DNA from: an uncultured Pelagibacteraceae bacterium | GTDB lineage: Bacteria > Pseudomonadota > Alphaproteobacteria > Pelagibacterales > Pelagibacteraceae | Length of the DNA: 64,000 nucleotides | Reading direction: 5' to 3' | Assembly (NCBI GenBank): GCA_902537665.1 | Contig: CACBCE010000006.1 | Location: forward strand, 152 to 64,151 | Shown here: piece by piece, positions 38,141 to 48,337 of the stretch | Layout: each line of letters opens with the position of its first letter | How positions within the stretch are numbered: the first letter of the stretch is position 1 | The notes under the pieces: generated by a model | The model's input: only the letters and a program-made list of their open reading frames with translations | What the model was told of the DNA's origin: nothing | The model's database searches: none | Position numbers and translations under genes: made by a program

Positions 38141-39037
38141 TTGATAAAATATTGTGGTAATTCAACATATTTTAAGTCATTTTTTAACATGATTAAAATT
38201 TTTCCTTTTATCTTTATTATCCTTTGGTCATCTGCATTTATAACTACTAAACCAATCATCGATAATAGTGATCCATTTGCCGCCTTGGCTTTTCGATTTT
38301 TTTTTGTTGCAGTTGGGTTTTTGTTATTCTCACTTTATTCTAAATATTCAATTATAATAAAAAGAAAAAACTTAATTGAATCGGTCCTGAGTGGTATTCT
38401 TTTTCATGGTTTGTATTTAGGAGGGGTTTTTTATTCAATTTCTATTGGTATGCCCACAAGCATTGCGGCATTAATTGTAACTCTCCAACCAATTTTGACA
38501 AATATTCTTAGTGGACCAATATTAAATGAAAAGGTAACTTTAAAACAATGGATTGGTATTTTACTTGGATTTCTTGGAGCAACACTAGTTTTGGGTTTAG
38601 ATTTAGGATCGAAGATTCCATTATTGGGATTAGTTGCAACATTAATAGCACTAATTTCAATAACAGCATCAACAATTTGGCAAAAAAAACTAAGTAATAA
38701 TCTACCTTTGTCAGTTAGTAATTTTTATCAAGCTGTAGGAGGATGTTTTTTTCATATTCTTATTGTTATATTTTTTGCAAAACCATATATAGCCTTCACA
38801 AAAACATTTCTTCTTTCAATGGGTCATCAAATATTTCTTGTGTCTTTTGGTGCTTTTACAATTTTAATGTTTTTAATAAAAAAAAATTCTGCAAGTAAGA
38901 CTGTTTCAATTTTTTTTCTTATTCCAGCAACATCTGCTTTAATGGCTTGGTTCTTTCTAGAAGAAACCTTAACAACAATTGATCTTTTAGGTTTTTTGAT
39001 AACATCAATAGGAGTTTATATAGCTACTAGAGATTAA
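38141..39037 (+). CDS. DMT/EamA-family transporter
   Basis: About 10 TM, LWSSAF, LQPILT, GILLGFLG; start probably the internal ATG (MIKIFPF). Confidence 0.88.
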   Translation: MIKYCGNSTYFKSFFNMIKIFPFIFIILWSSAFITTKPIIDNSDPFAALAFRFFFVAVGFLLFSLYSKYSIIIKRKNLIESVLSGILFHGLYLGGVFYSISIGMPTSIAALIVTLQPILTNILSGPILNEKVTLKQWIGILLGFLGATLVLGLDLGSKIPLLGLVATLIALISITASTIWQKKLSNNLPLSVSNFYQAVGGCFFHILIVIFFAKPYIAFTKTFLLSMGHQIFLVSFGAFTILMFLIKKNSASKTVSIFFLIPATSALMAWFFLEETLTTIDLLGFLITSIGVYIATRD

Positions 39038-39043
39038 TCTAAG

Positions 39044-39631
39044 CTATTTATTTTCATAACCAAACTCTAATGCTGCATCGGTAATAGAATGGTATAACGA
39101 CTCTCCAAAACTTCTTAGAGCAAATAATCTTACTTTAAATGGTTTATCATTTAGTAAGTCTACTGTGAACGCAATATTATTATAAAGAGAATTTATTGAA
39201 TTATTTTTCTTTAATTCATCAAAATTAAATGGTGATCCTTTTTTTAAAACTTCTATTACATGATTACCCTCTATATCAATTACAGCTCTTGAATGAGATA
39301 AATCAGTAACCGCAAAATCTGTTTCTTTACATGTTGAAGAAATATCGTTGATTAAATCTTTTTTGGAAGAGACCAATAACCAATTTTTTGGACCATTCCA
39401 TAAAATTCTTGTGTTATCATTAAAACTAATATTTAAAGGAGAGTCTTTTAGTTTTAAACTGTCAATATCTATACTTTCAATCGGTATCTTAGAATTTTTG
39501 AACTGTGCAATTTGCATAATTAATAAATTTTTTTTCTCTGAGATTTTTAAAAGGTCATCCCCTTTTTTGTCCTCAAAGTCTCCAAATTGTCCTTGATGAT
39601 GAACATTGGCTAGTGCAGAAATTAAACTCAT
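39044..39631 (-). CDS. soxG: sarcosine oxidase / N-methylglutamate dehydrogenase gamma subunit
   Basis: LWNGPKNWL, VTDLSHSR, RSFGESLY; last in BDAG operon. Confidence 0.85.
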   Translation of the reverse strand: MSLISALANVHHQGQFGDFEDKKGDDLLKISEKKNLLIMQIAQFKNSKIPIESIDIDSLKLKDSPLNISFNDNTRILWNGPKNWLLVSSKKDLINDISSTCKETDFAVTDLSHSRAVIDIEGNHVIEVLKKGSPFNFDELKKNNSINSLYNNIAFTVDLLNDKPFKVRLFALRSFGESLYHSITDAALEFGYENK

Positions 39632-42624
39632 GATCTAACTCGTTCACCTTTTGGGTCAACATAATGTGAAGACACTATCTCGACTGGGATTACTTTATTT
39701 TTTAGTGGGGACATTACAAATAACTTTTCTCCGATCATATTCTTACCATCCTTTAAAATTGCTAAAGAAAATGGATTATCATATTCAACACTCCAGCATG
39801 AAGCTGAAATATAACCTAATTTTGGGTTTGGAAGTGGTGCATTTGAATCTTTAACTAAATGAGATCCTTCGGGTATGCTTGTTTTTTTATCTAATGGAAC
39901 AACACCAACAATTTTTTGTCTATCTTCAGCTGCAAAAGCTTTTCTTGATAAAGATCTTTTTCCAATAAAATCTTTCTTTTTGCTCAATAGTCCCTCAAGT
40001 GAATTGTCGTAAGGAATAGTTCTTCCATCAAGCTCTGAGCCTGCAACATGCCCCATCTCAATTCTTAAAGTTGATAGTGCTTCTGTTCCATATGGTTGAA
40101 TTCCAAACTCTTCTCCAGCTTCTATTATTTTTTCCCACATAAAATATCCATTGTCTGACTCAACATTTACTTCGTATGCAAGTTCACCAGAAAATGAAAT
40201 TCTAAAAATCTTTGCTTTTACTCCAAATAAATCACCTTCCATGTAACCCATAAAAGGAAGTCCTTCATTCGTAACATCAGATTTTGGAAAAAGTTTTTTT
40301 AATAATTCTCTCGATTTTGGTCCAGCAATTGCTGCTCCCGCCCACTGTTCTGTCGTTGAAACTACATTTACATTTAATTCTGGCCAAACAAGTTGCAGGT
40401 AATATTCTAGATGCGATAGAACATTAGCAGCTTGAGCAGTTGTTGTAGTCATATGGTAATGATTTTCTGATATTCTTGTCGTTGTTCCATCATCCATAAC
40501 AATCCCATCTTCTCTCAACATCACACCATATCTTGCCTTTCCAACTGGCAATTTTAACCAAGCATTTGTGTAAACTCTATTTAGAAGCTCTGCCGCATCT
40601 GGTCCTTTAATATCAATTTTACCTAAAGTGGTTACGTCACAAACACCAACATTAGTTCTAACATTTTTAGCCTCCCTTTTTGACGCCTCAAATAAATTCT
40701 CTTCACCACGTTTGTAATACCTTGGTCTTAACCATACACCAGCATCAACAAAGACTGCATTGTTTTTTTCATGCCATGAATGTATTGGAGATTTTCTTGT
40801 TGGTTTTGAATGTTTTCCTATTTCCCTTCCAACAATTGCTCCAATAGAAACTGGTGAGTAAGGAGGTCTAAAGGTTGTGTGCCCAACTGCTGGTACAACT
40901 TTATTTTCAATTTTCGACACTAATTGTAAACCATTAAGATTACTTGTCTTACCTTGGTCAGTAGCCATACCAAGTGTAGTATATCTTTTCACATGTTCAA
41001 TAGACCTATACCCTTCTTTAAGAGCTATCTCTATATCAGAAACTGCAACATCATTTTGGAAATCTAAAAATCTTTTGTAGCTTTTTCCCTTTGGTAAGGG
41101 TACACACCAAAATTTATCATGTACTGTAGATTTCTTTTCAACAACATTAGGAAAAGAAACCTTGTTCTCATTATTTGTTATTTTCTTTGATAAAAGGTTT
41201 CCTTTTTCAAATGAGTCTTTTAATGTCTCCTCTAAAGTATAAATTCCATTTGCAGCCCCTAGAGTTTTTTCATTTTGTTTAGATATACTGGGAACAAATG
41301 CATCAATATCTTCATTGAATTTTGTTTTATTTCCAGATTGTGATGCCAAATGAATTGTAGGTGTCCAAAACCCAGAAACACAAATACAATCACACTCAAT
41401 ATTTTCAATTGATCCAAGTTCTTCTTTATTATCTGAAATTTTAGCTACGTCAGCTGATTTTACTTTTTTATATCCTTGAGCAGCTACAACTACATATGAA
41501 TTTTTGATATTGATATTCATATTTTGTGCTTCTTCGATAATCTCTGATTTAGGCTCTTTTCTTGTATCTAAAATTATTGGATCAATACCATTCTTTTTAA
41601 ATTCAATTGCTGTTTCATAACCACTGTCATTATTTGTAAAAACAAGCGGTTTTTTTCCAACTAATACTCCATACACTTTCAAGTATTCCTTAGCAGCTGA
41701 AGACAACATTACGCCTGGAGTATCATTGTTACCAAACACAATGGGTCTCTCTATTGATCCAGATGAGATTAAAACTTCCTTTGCTCTAATATACCAAAGT
41801 CTCTGCTTTGGATGAAATTTTTTTGTTTTTGGTAAATGATCACTTATTCTCTCAGACATCACCAGCATGTTATGATCGTAATAACCAAAAACTTGAGATC
41901 TGTTTTTTACAGTTACATTAGGCATTTCTTTAAGTTCTGAAATGATACTATCTGCCCACTCTTTACCTGATTGATTGCCTATATTTACTTCACTAGTTAA
42001 TAATGTTCCTCCAAATCGTGATTTGTCCTCAGCTAGAATAACTTTTGCACCATTTTTTGCAGCAGAATAAGCGCTGGCTAACCCCGAAGGACCTGAGCCT
42101 GTGATTAACAAATCACAATATTCATATTTATGTTCATATCTTTCTTTGTCATGTTTTATAGATGCTGTACCTAAACCAGCAGCTCTTCTGATAAATGGCT
42201 CATAAATTTTATACCAAAAACTTTTTGGCCACATAAAAGTCTTGTAATAAAAACCAGCTGGGAGAAATATCTTTAAAAAATTATTTATAGCTCCCACGTC
42301 AAAATTCACACTTGGCCAACAATTTACACTTTTTGCTTCTAAACCCTCAAAAAGTTCCTGCTCAGTAGCTTTTATATTTGGTTCTGTTTCACCATTTCTA
42401 TATAATTGAACTATAGCATACGGCTCATCAACTCCAGCACCAAAGAAACCTCTGGGTCTATGATATTTGAAGCTTCTTCCAATAAGATGAACTCCATTTG
42501 CAATTAATGCAGAAGCAAGAGTATCGCCCTCATAACCAAAATAATTTTTACCGTTGAATTTAAAAGAAATTTTTTTGTCTCTATTTATTAATCCACCACT
42601 TTCTAATCTAAAACTTTGCGTCAT
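39628..42624 (-). CDS. soxA: sarcosine oxidase / N-methylglutamate dehydrogenase alpha subunit
   Basis: GDTLASAL, RSFKYHRPRG, KRYTTLGMATDQGK, FSGELAYE. Confidence 0.92.
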   Translation of the reverse strand: MTQSFRLESGGLINRDKKISFKFNGKNYFGYEGDTLASALIANGVHLIGRSFKYHRPRGFFGAGVDEPYAIVQLYRNGETEPNIKATEQELFEGLEAKSVNCWPSVNFDVGAINNFLKIFLPAGFYYKTFMWPKSFWYKIYEPFIRRAAGLGTASIKHDKERYEHKYEYCDLLITGSGPSGLASAYSAAKNGAKVILAEDKSRFGGTLLTSEVNIGNQSGKEWADSIISELKEMPNVTVKNRSQVFGYYDHNMLVMSERISDHLPKTKKFHPKQRLWYIRAKEVLISSGSIERPIVFGNNDTPGVMLSSAAKEYLKVYGVLVGKKPLVFTNNDSGYETAIEFKKNGIDPIILDTRKEPKSEIIEEAQNMNINIKNSYVVVAAQGYKKVKSADVAKISDNKEELGSIENIECDCICVSGFWTPTIHLASQSGNKTKFNEDIDAFVPSISKQNEKTLGAANGIYTLEETLKDSFEKGNLLSKKITNNENKVSFPNVVEKKSTVHDKFWCVPLPKGKSYKRFLDFQNDVAVSDIEIALKEGYRSIEHVKRYTTLGMATDQGKTSNLNGLQLVSKIENKVVPAVGHTTFRPPYSPVSIGAIVGREIGKHSKPTRKSPIHSWHEKNNAVFVDAGVWLRPRYYKRGEENLFEASKREAKNVRTNVGVCDVTTLGKIDIKGPDAAELLNRVYTNAWLKLPVGKARYGVMLREDGIVMDDGTTTRISENHYHMTTTTAQAANVLSHLEYYLQLVWPELNVNVVSTTEQWAGAAIAGPKSRELLKKLFPKSDVTNEGLPFMGYMEGDLFGVKAKIFRISFSGELAYEVNVESDNGYFMWEKIIEAGEEFGIQPYGTEALSTLRIEMGHVAGSELDGRTIPYDNSLEGLLSKKKDFIGKRSLSRKAFAAEDRQKIVGVVPLDKKTSIPEGSHLVKDSNAPLPNPKLGYISASCWSVEYDNPFSLAILKDGKNMIGEKLFVMSPLKNKVIPVEIVSSHYVDPKGERVRS

Positions 42625-42893
42625 TATGAAATTTCTTCGTTAGCTTTTAGAGTTTTAAAAATTTCATGAGTAGCTGTATCTCTCTGAACTTTTATCCATT
42701 GTCTGCAACCTGATAAATGCTGCCATAACTCCCAATGCTTTCCCCTTAGGCTTTTTCTATTATAAACAAAATTATCCCAATCTTTATCAGATATTTCTTT
42801 TCCTAATTCTGGGCGTTTAACAGTTGCATCGCCTCCATATGAAAATTCATTCTGTGATCTCAATCCACAGTGTGGACATTTAATATGGAGCAT
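42624..42893 (-). CDS. soxD: sarcosine oxidase / N-methylglutamate dehydrogenase delta subunit
   Basis: CPHCGLR, WQHLSGCRQW zinc ligands. Confidence 0.92.
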   Translation of the reverse strand: MLHIKCPHCGLRSQNEFSYGGDATVKRPELGKEISDKDWDNFVYNRKSLRGKHWELWQHLSGCRQWIKVQRDTATHEIFKTLKANEEIS

Positions 42894-44150
42894 TTACGAA
42901 ATCCAGGTTTTGGTACCAAGTCCCTTTTCATCGAGTAAGTGACCAGTATTAAATCTATTTAAACTGTAGCCTGCATTTAATTCATGAACTCTATCTTGTG
43001 CGATTGTATGTGCAAATGTCCAGCCAGATGCAGGGGTTGCTTTAAATCCACCATAACACCAACCACAATTTAAATACAAACCTTCAATATGAGTTTTGTC
43101 TATTATTGGTGAGCCGTCCATAGACATATCCATTATTCCACCCCAAGTTCTAAGCATTTTCAATTTACTTAGGAAAGGCATCATTGCAATTCCTTCGGTT
43201 AGAACATGTTGAAGAGTTGGAAGATTACCTCTTTGTGCATAACTATTGTAGCCATCAAGATCACCACCCATAACCATTTCACCTTTGTCAGACTGGCTTA
43301 TATAAAAATGTCCAGCACCAAAAGTAACTACTTTATCTAAAACTGGTTTTACTGGCTCAGATACACATGCTTGCAGTAAATGTGTCTCAATTGGTAATGT
43401 CATATTTAGTTTTTCAGCTAAAATATTTGTACTACCTGCAACACATAATCCAATTTTTTTTGCTTTAATGTCCCCACGAGAAGTTCTCACTCCATTAATT
43501 TTTCCTGCAGACACATCAAATCCAATTACTTCACAATTTTGAATTATGTCTACACCCATATCATCTGCCTGACGTGCATAACCCCAAGCTACAGCGTCGT
43601 GTCTAGCTGTTCCCGCACTAGGTTGCATTAATCCCCCAAAGATTGGAAATCGTACATTCTCAGAAAAATCAGCCATAGGAATAATTTCTCTTACTTCTTC
43701 CCTATTTAAGAGAACTGCATCGATACCGTTTAATCTCATTGAATTTCCTCTTCGAGCATAAGTATTCATTTGTGCATCTGAGTGAGCAAGATTTATTATT
43801 CCTCTTGGAGAAAACATCACATTGTAATTCAAATCTTGACTCATTCTTCTCCAAAGATCCATTCCAAATTCACTGAATAATGCATTGTCATCATGCATAT
43901 AATTTGATCTAATTATTGTAGTGTTTCGACCAACATTACCTCCACCAATCCAACCTTTTTCGATTATAGCAACATTGGTTATATTGTGTTCTTTAGCTAA
44001 ATAATATGCTGTTGCTAAACCATGTCCGCCGCCACCGATGATAACAACATCGTACTCTTTCTTAGGAGTTGGGTCTTTCCAAGCTAAGTCCCAATTTTCG
44101 TGATTTGAAAGGGCATTTTTAACAAGACTAAAAACTGAATATTTTTGCAT
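42894..44150 (-). CDS. soxB: sarcosine oxidase / N-methylglutamate dehydrogenase beta subunit
   Basis: GGGGHGLATAYYLAK, RNTTIIRSNY, ARHDAVAWG, GGFKATP. Confidence 0.92.
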   Translation of the reverse strand: MQKYSVFSLVKNALSNHENWDLAWKDPTPKKEYDVVIIGGGGHGLATAYYLAKEHNITNVAIIEKGWIGGGNVGRNTTIIRSNYMHDDNALFSEFGMDLWRRMSQDLNYNVMFSPRGIINLAHSDAQMNTYARRGNSMRLNGIDAVLLNREEVREIIPMADFSENVRFPIFGGLMQPSAGTARHDAVAWGYARQADDMGVDIIQNCEVIGFDVSAGKINGVRTSRGDIKAKKIGLCVAGSTNILAEKLNMTLPIETHLLQACVSEPVKPVLDKVVTFGAGHFYISQSDKGEMVMGGDLDGYNSYAQRGNLPTLQHVLTEGIAMMPFLSKLKMLRTWGGIMDMSMDGSPIIDKTHIEGLYLNCGWCYGGFKATPASGWTFAHTIAQDRVHELNAGYSLNRFNTGHLLDEKGLGTKTWIS

Positions 44151-44276
44151 GAGTAAATTTTATAATAATGAGTATAAATAGTTCATATTTTTTTTATATA
44201 TAATTTTTAGATATTTCCAAAGGCTTTAAAAAGAGATACTAATCGACCAGTTTTTTATTATTTTTTATAAAATTCA

Positions 44277-45962
44277 ATGAGCGACATAAAATCAGATATT
44301 CAAATTGCTCGTGAAGCAAAAATGCTTCCAATAAAGGAAATCTTAGCGAAAGTAAATGTTCCAGACGAAAGTTCAGCTTTTAGCCCAATGGGCAGACATA
44401 TTGCAAAAATAAACTTGGAATACTTAGATACATTAAAAGATAAGCCAGACGGTAAATTAATTTTAGTTACAGCAATAACTCCAACTCCTGCTGGAGAAGG
44501 TAAAACAACCACTTCTGTTGGATTGAACGATGGACTAAATAAAATTGGAAAAAAATCTATTGTATGCTTAAGGGAACCAAGTCTAGGTCCATCCTTTGGT
44601 ATGAAAGGTGGTGCTGCAGGAGGAGGATATGCTCAAGTAGTTCCGATGGAACAAATTAATCTTCACTTTACTGGAGATTTTCACGCAATAACATCAGCAC
44701 ATAATCTTTTATCTGCTTTAATTGATAATCATATCTACTGGGGAAATAAATTAAACATAGATGTCAGAAGGATTGTTTGGAAAAGAGTTATGGATATGAA
44801 CGACAGAGCTTTAAGATCAATTAATATTAATCTTGGCGGTGTTGCTAATGGTTTTCCAAGAGAAGATGGTTTTGATATCACAGTTGCTTCTGAGATAATG
44901 GCTATCTTTTGTCTCGCTAATAATCTTGAAGATTTAGAAAAAAGGATTGGAAATATTACAGTAGCATACACTCGAGAAAAAAAACCGATCTACGCTAAAG
45001 ATTTAAATGCTCATGGACCAATGACTGTTTTACTTAAAGAGGCAATCAGACCTAATATTACACAAACACTGGAAAATAATCCTGCGATAATTCATGGTGG
45101 ACCATTTGCAAATATTGCACATGGATGTAATTCTGTAATTGCAACTAAAGCTGGATTAAAACTTGCTGATTATGTTGTAACTGAAGCTGGTTTTGGTGCA
45201 GATTTAGGAGCTGAAAAATTTTTAGATATCAAATGTAGGAAATCAAATTTAAAACCAAGTTGTGTTGTTATAGTAGCAACTGTTAGAGCCTTGAAGATGC
45301 ATGGTGGTGTTGCAAAAGATGATTTAAAAAATGAGAATGTAGATGCACTAAAAAAAGGATTAATAAATCTTGAAAGACATATTGAAAATGTGAAAAAGTT
45401 TGGTTTACCTGTAGCAGTAGCTATAAATCATTTTATAAAAGACACTGACAAAGAAGTGAATGCTTTAATAGAATTTTGTAAAAAGCTAGGGGTTAAGGCT
45501 AGTATTTGCAAGCATTGGGCTGATGGTGGTGAAGGAACAAAGGATTTAGCTAAACATGTAACAGATTTATGTGAAAAGAATGAAGCTAAATTTAAATTTT
45601 TATATGAAAGTAAAACTCCACTTTTCAAAAAAATAGAAACCATTGCAAAAGAGATTTATAGAGCTAATGAAGTTATTGCAGATACTAAAATCAGAGATCA
45701 ACTAAAAAACTTTGAAGAAGCTGGTTATAGTGAATTACCTATATGTGTTGCAAAAACTCAATATAGTTTCTCAACAGATCCAAGTCTTAAGGGTGCTCCG
45801 ACTGGTCATTCATTACCAATTAGAGAGGTTAGGCTATCATCTGGTGCGGAGTTTATTGTTGTTGTTTGTGGAGCAATCATGACAATGCCCGGACTTCCTA
45901 GAGTGCCAGCTGCTGACTCTATTAAGCTAAATAAAGACGGTAATATAGAAGGTCTATTTTAA
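44277..45962 (+). CDS. fhs: formate-tetrahydrofolate ligase
   Basis: [46 protein letters not shown]. Confidence 0.97.
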   Translation: MSDIKSDIQIAREAKMLPIKEILAKVNVPDESSAFSPMGRHIAKINLEYLDTLKDKPDGKLILVTAITPTPAGEGKTTTSVGLNDGLNKIGKKSIVCLREPSLGPSFGMKGGAAGGGYAQVVPMEQINLHFTGDFHAITSAHNLLSALIDNHIYWGNKLNIDVRRIVWKRVMDMNDRALRSININLGGVANGFPREDGFDITVASEIMAIFCLANNLEDLEKRIGNITVAYTREKKPIYAKDLNAHGPMTVLLKEAIRPNITQTLENNPAIIHGGPFANIAHGCNSVIATKAGLKLADYVVTEAGFGADLGAEKFLDIKCRKSNLKPSCVVIVATVRALKMHGGVAKDDLKNENVDALKKGLINLERHIENVKKFGLPVAVAINHFIKDTDKEVNALIEFCKKLGVKASICKHWADGGEGTKDLAKHVTDLCEKNEAKFKFLYESKTPLFKKIETIAKEIYRANEVIADTKIRDQLKNFEEAGYSELPICVAKTQYSFSTDPSLKGAPTGHSLPIREVRLSSGAEFIVVVCGAIMTMPGLPRVPAADSIKLNKDGNIEGLF

Positions 45963-46921
45963 ACTTTTATCTTAAGTTTTTTATTTTCTTTAATTGTCTT
46001 AAGTAAATTAATCATTAGTGGAATTTTTTTCTTATCAATTTTTTTTAAAATAAATGGTGTGATCTCTCTTGCAAGTTCTTCACCTTCAACAGTTTCTTTA
46101 GGCATAAATCTTTTTTTTGCAGTTTTAAATGTAAATCCATTACCTAAAAAACTACCCATTTTACTATTTCTTCCACCAGCAGCACTCACGTAAAGGTCAC
46201 CCACTCCAGCGAGCCCAAGGATTGTTTCATCTTTACCTTTAAAATATCTATTTAAATATCTCATTTCAAGAACTGCTTTTTGAAATAAATTAGATGAAGA
46301 GTTAAGACTTTGACCAGCTCCAATGATCATTGAATATATATTTTTAATTGCTGAACAGACCTCTACCCCTACTACATCCCGGGAGTATTCTGTTAAATAA
46401 TATTTAGTAGAAATTTTTCTTCCTATAGATTTTGCAATGTTAATATTTCTATTTGCTATAATCACACTAGTTTGATTTTTTCTAGCTAATTCTTTCGCCA
46501 AACAAGGTCCTTTTAGTACTGAAATATTTTTTAGATTATAGTTTTTTTGAAGTTGTTCTGAAATTGTTAATATCTTATTCTTTTTTTTTTCAAATTTTAA
46601 CCCTTTAGTAAGAACCAAAATTGGTGATTTAACTCTTAAATCTTTTAATTCTTTACCAATAAAATCAATACCTGAAAGACTTAAGGCTATTACTATTAGA
46701 TCAAAATTTTCTTTTAATAAATTTTTAGAAAATTTTCTAAATTTCAATTGTTTTGGTAATTTTATCTTAAGAGCAGAATGAAATTTTTTTTTTGAAGATA
46801 AATCTTTAATAAATCTTTTGCTATAGGGCTCAGTTATTGTAACATTATTTTTATTTTCTAAACTTGGGATTGTAAATGCAGAGCCCATTGCACCTCCACC
46901 AATAACTAAGATATTTTTCAT
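45959..46921 (-). CDS. NAD(P)H-dependent glycerol-3-phosphate dehydrogenase-like protein (divergent)
   Basis: [33 protein letters not shown]. Confidence 0.75.
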   Translation of the reverse strand: MKNILVIGGGAMGSAFTIPSLENKNNVTITEPYSKRFIKDLSSKKKFHSALKIKLPKQLKFRKFSKNLLKENFDLIVIALSLSGIDFIGKELKDLRVKSPILVLTKGLKFEKKKNKILTISEQLQKNYNLKNISVLKGPCLAKELARKNQTSVIIANRNINIAKSIGRKISTKYYLTEYSRDVVGVEVCSAIKNIYSMIIGAGQSLNSSSNLFQKAVLEMRYLNRYFKGKDETILGLAGVGDLYVSAAGGRNSKMGSFLGNGFTFKTAKKRFMPKETVEGEELAREITPFILKKIDKKKIPLMINLLKTIKENKKLKIKV

Positions 46922-46998
46922 AACAAATAATTATTTTATTGTAATTGTCATCATTTTGTTAGTAAAATACAGAAATAATTATTTAATTTAGTAGATTA

Positions 46999-48330
46999 AT
47001 GACAAAAGTAGCAATTATTGGTGCAGGACCTTGTGGACTATCAATGTTACGGTCTTTTGAACTAGCAGAAAAAAATGGTAAAAAAATCCCTGAAGTTGTT
47101 TGTTTTGAAAAGCAAGACGATTGGGGTGGTTTATGGAATTATAGTTGGCGAACAGGATCTGATCAATACGGGGACCCTGTACCTAACAGTATGTATAGAT
47201 ATCTTTGGTCAAATGGACCAAAAGAATGTTTAGAATTTGCTGATTATTCTTTTGATGAACATTTTGGAAAGCCGATACCATCCTTTCCACCTAGAGAAGT
47301 TTTATATAACTATATTGTTGGAAGAGTAAGTAAAGGAAATTTAAAAAAAAAGATTAAATTTAATACTAGAGTTATTAATACTATTTTTAAAAATGACAAA
47401 TTCGAACTTAGTTATCAAGATAAAGTTAACAATAAAGTATTAAAAGATAATTTTGATTTTGTTGTTGTTTCAACTGGTCATTTTTCTGTTCCTTTTATTC
47501 CAGAATACAAAGGAATGGATACATTTCCTGGAAGAATAATGCATTCTCATGATTTTAGAGATGCAGAAGAGTTTAGAGATAAAAATGTAATAGTGCTAGG
47601 TAGTAGTTATTCGGCAGAAGACATCGCTCTTCAGTGTAATAAATACGGAGCTAAAAGTGTTACCATTGGTTATAGACATAACCCGATGGGATTTAAATGG
47701 CCTGATGGAATGAAAGAGGTTCATTATCTTGACAAATTAGTAGGAAAAAAAGCAATCTTTAAAGATGGCACTGAACAAGAGGCTGACGTTGTAATTTTAT
47801 GCACTGGTTACCTTCATCATTTTCCATTTTTAGAGGAAAATTTACGATTAAAAACTAGAAACAGACTTTATCCACCAAAATTATATAAAGGAGTGGTTTG
47901 GCAAGATAATCACAAACTTTTATATCTTGGTATGCAAGATCAATTCCATACATTTAATATGTTTGATTGCCAAGCTTGGTACGCAAGAGATGTTATTATG
48001 AATAAAATCAAAATACCTAGTAATGATGAGGTTGATAAAGATATTAATAAATGGGTTGCAATGGAAGAAAAGCTAGAGAACCCTGATCAAATGATTGATT
48101 TTCAAACTGAGTATACAAAAGAGCTTCATGAAATGTCTGATTATCCAAAAATTGATTTTGAGTTAATAAGAAAACACTTTAAAGAATGGGAACATCATAA
48201 AGTAGAAGATATTTCAACATATAGAAATAAATCTTTTTCATCTCCCGTAACTGGCTCAGTTGCTCCTATTCATCATACGCCATGGGCAACTGCTATGGAT
48301 GACTCTTCAAAAACTTTTTTAGACAAATAA
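46999..48330 (+). CDS. tmm: trimethylamine monooxygenase (bacterial FMO)
   Basis: GAGPCG, SMYRYLWSNGPKECLEF, FPGRIMHSHDFR, GSSYSAED; context next to tmoXWV/tdm. Confidence 0.92.
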   Translation: MTKVAIIGAGPCGLSMLRSFELAEKNGKKIPEVVCFEKQDDWGGLWNYSWRTGSDQYGDPVPNSMYRYLWSNGPKECLEFADYSFDEHFGKPIPSFPPREVLYNYIVGRVSKGNLKKKIKFNTRVINTIFKNDKFELSYQDKVNNKVLKDNFDFVVVSTGHFSVPFIPEYKGMDTFPGRIMHSHDFRDAEEFRDKNVIVLGSSYSAEDIALQCNKYGAKSVTIGYRHNPMGFKWPDGMKEVHYLDKLVGKKAIFKDGTEQEADVVILCTGYLHHFPFLEENLRLKTRNRLYPPKLYKGVVWQDNHKLLYLGMQDQFHTFNMFDCQAWYARDVIMNKIKIPSNDEVDKDINKWVAMEEKLENPDQMIDFQTEYTKELHEMSDYPKIDFELIRKHFKEWEHHKVEDISTYRNKSFSSPVTGSVAPIHHTPWATAMDDSSKTFLDK

Positions 48331-48337
48331 TCTAAGA

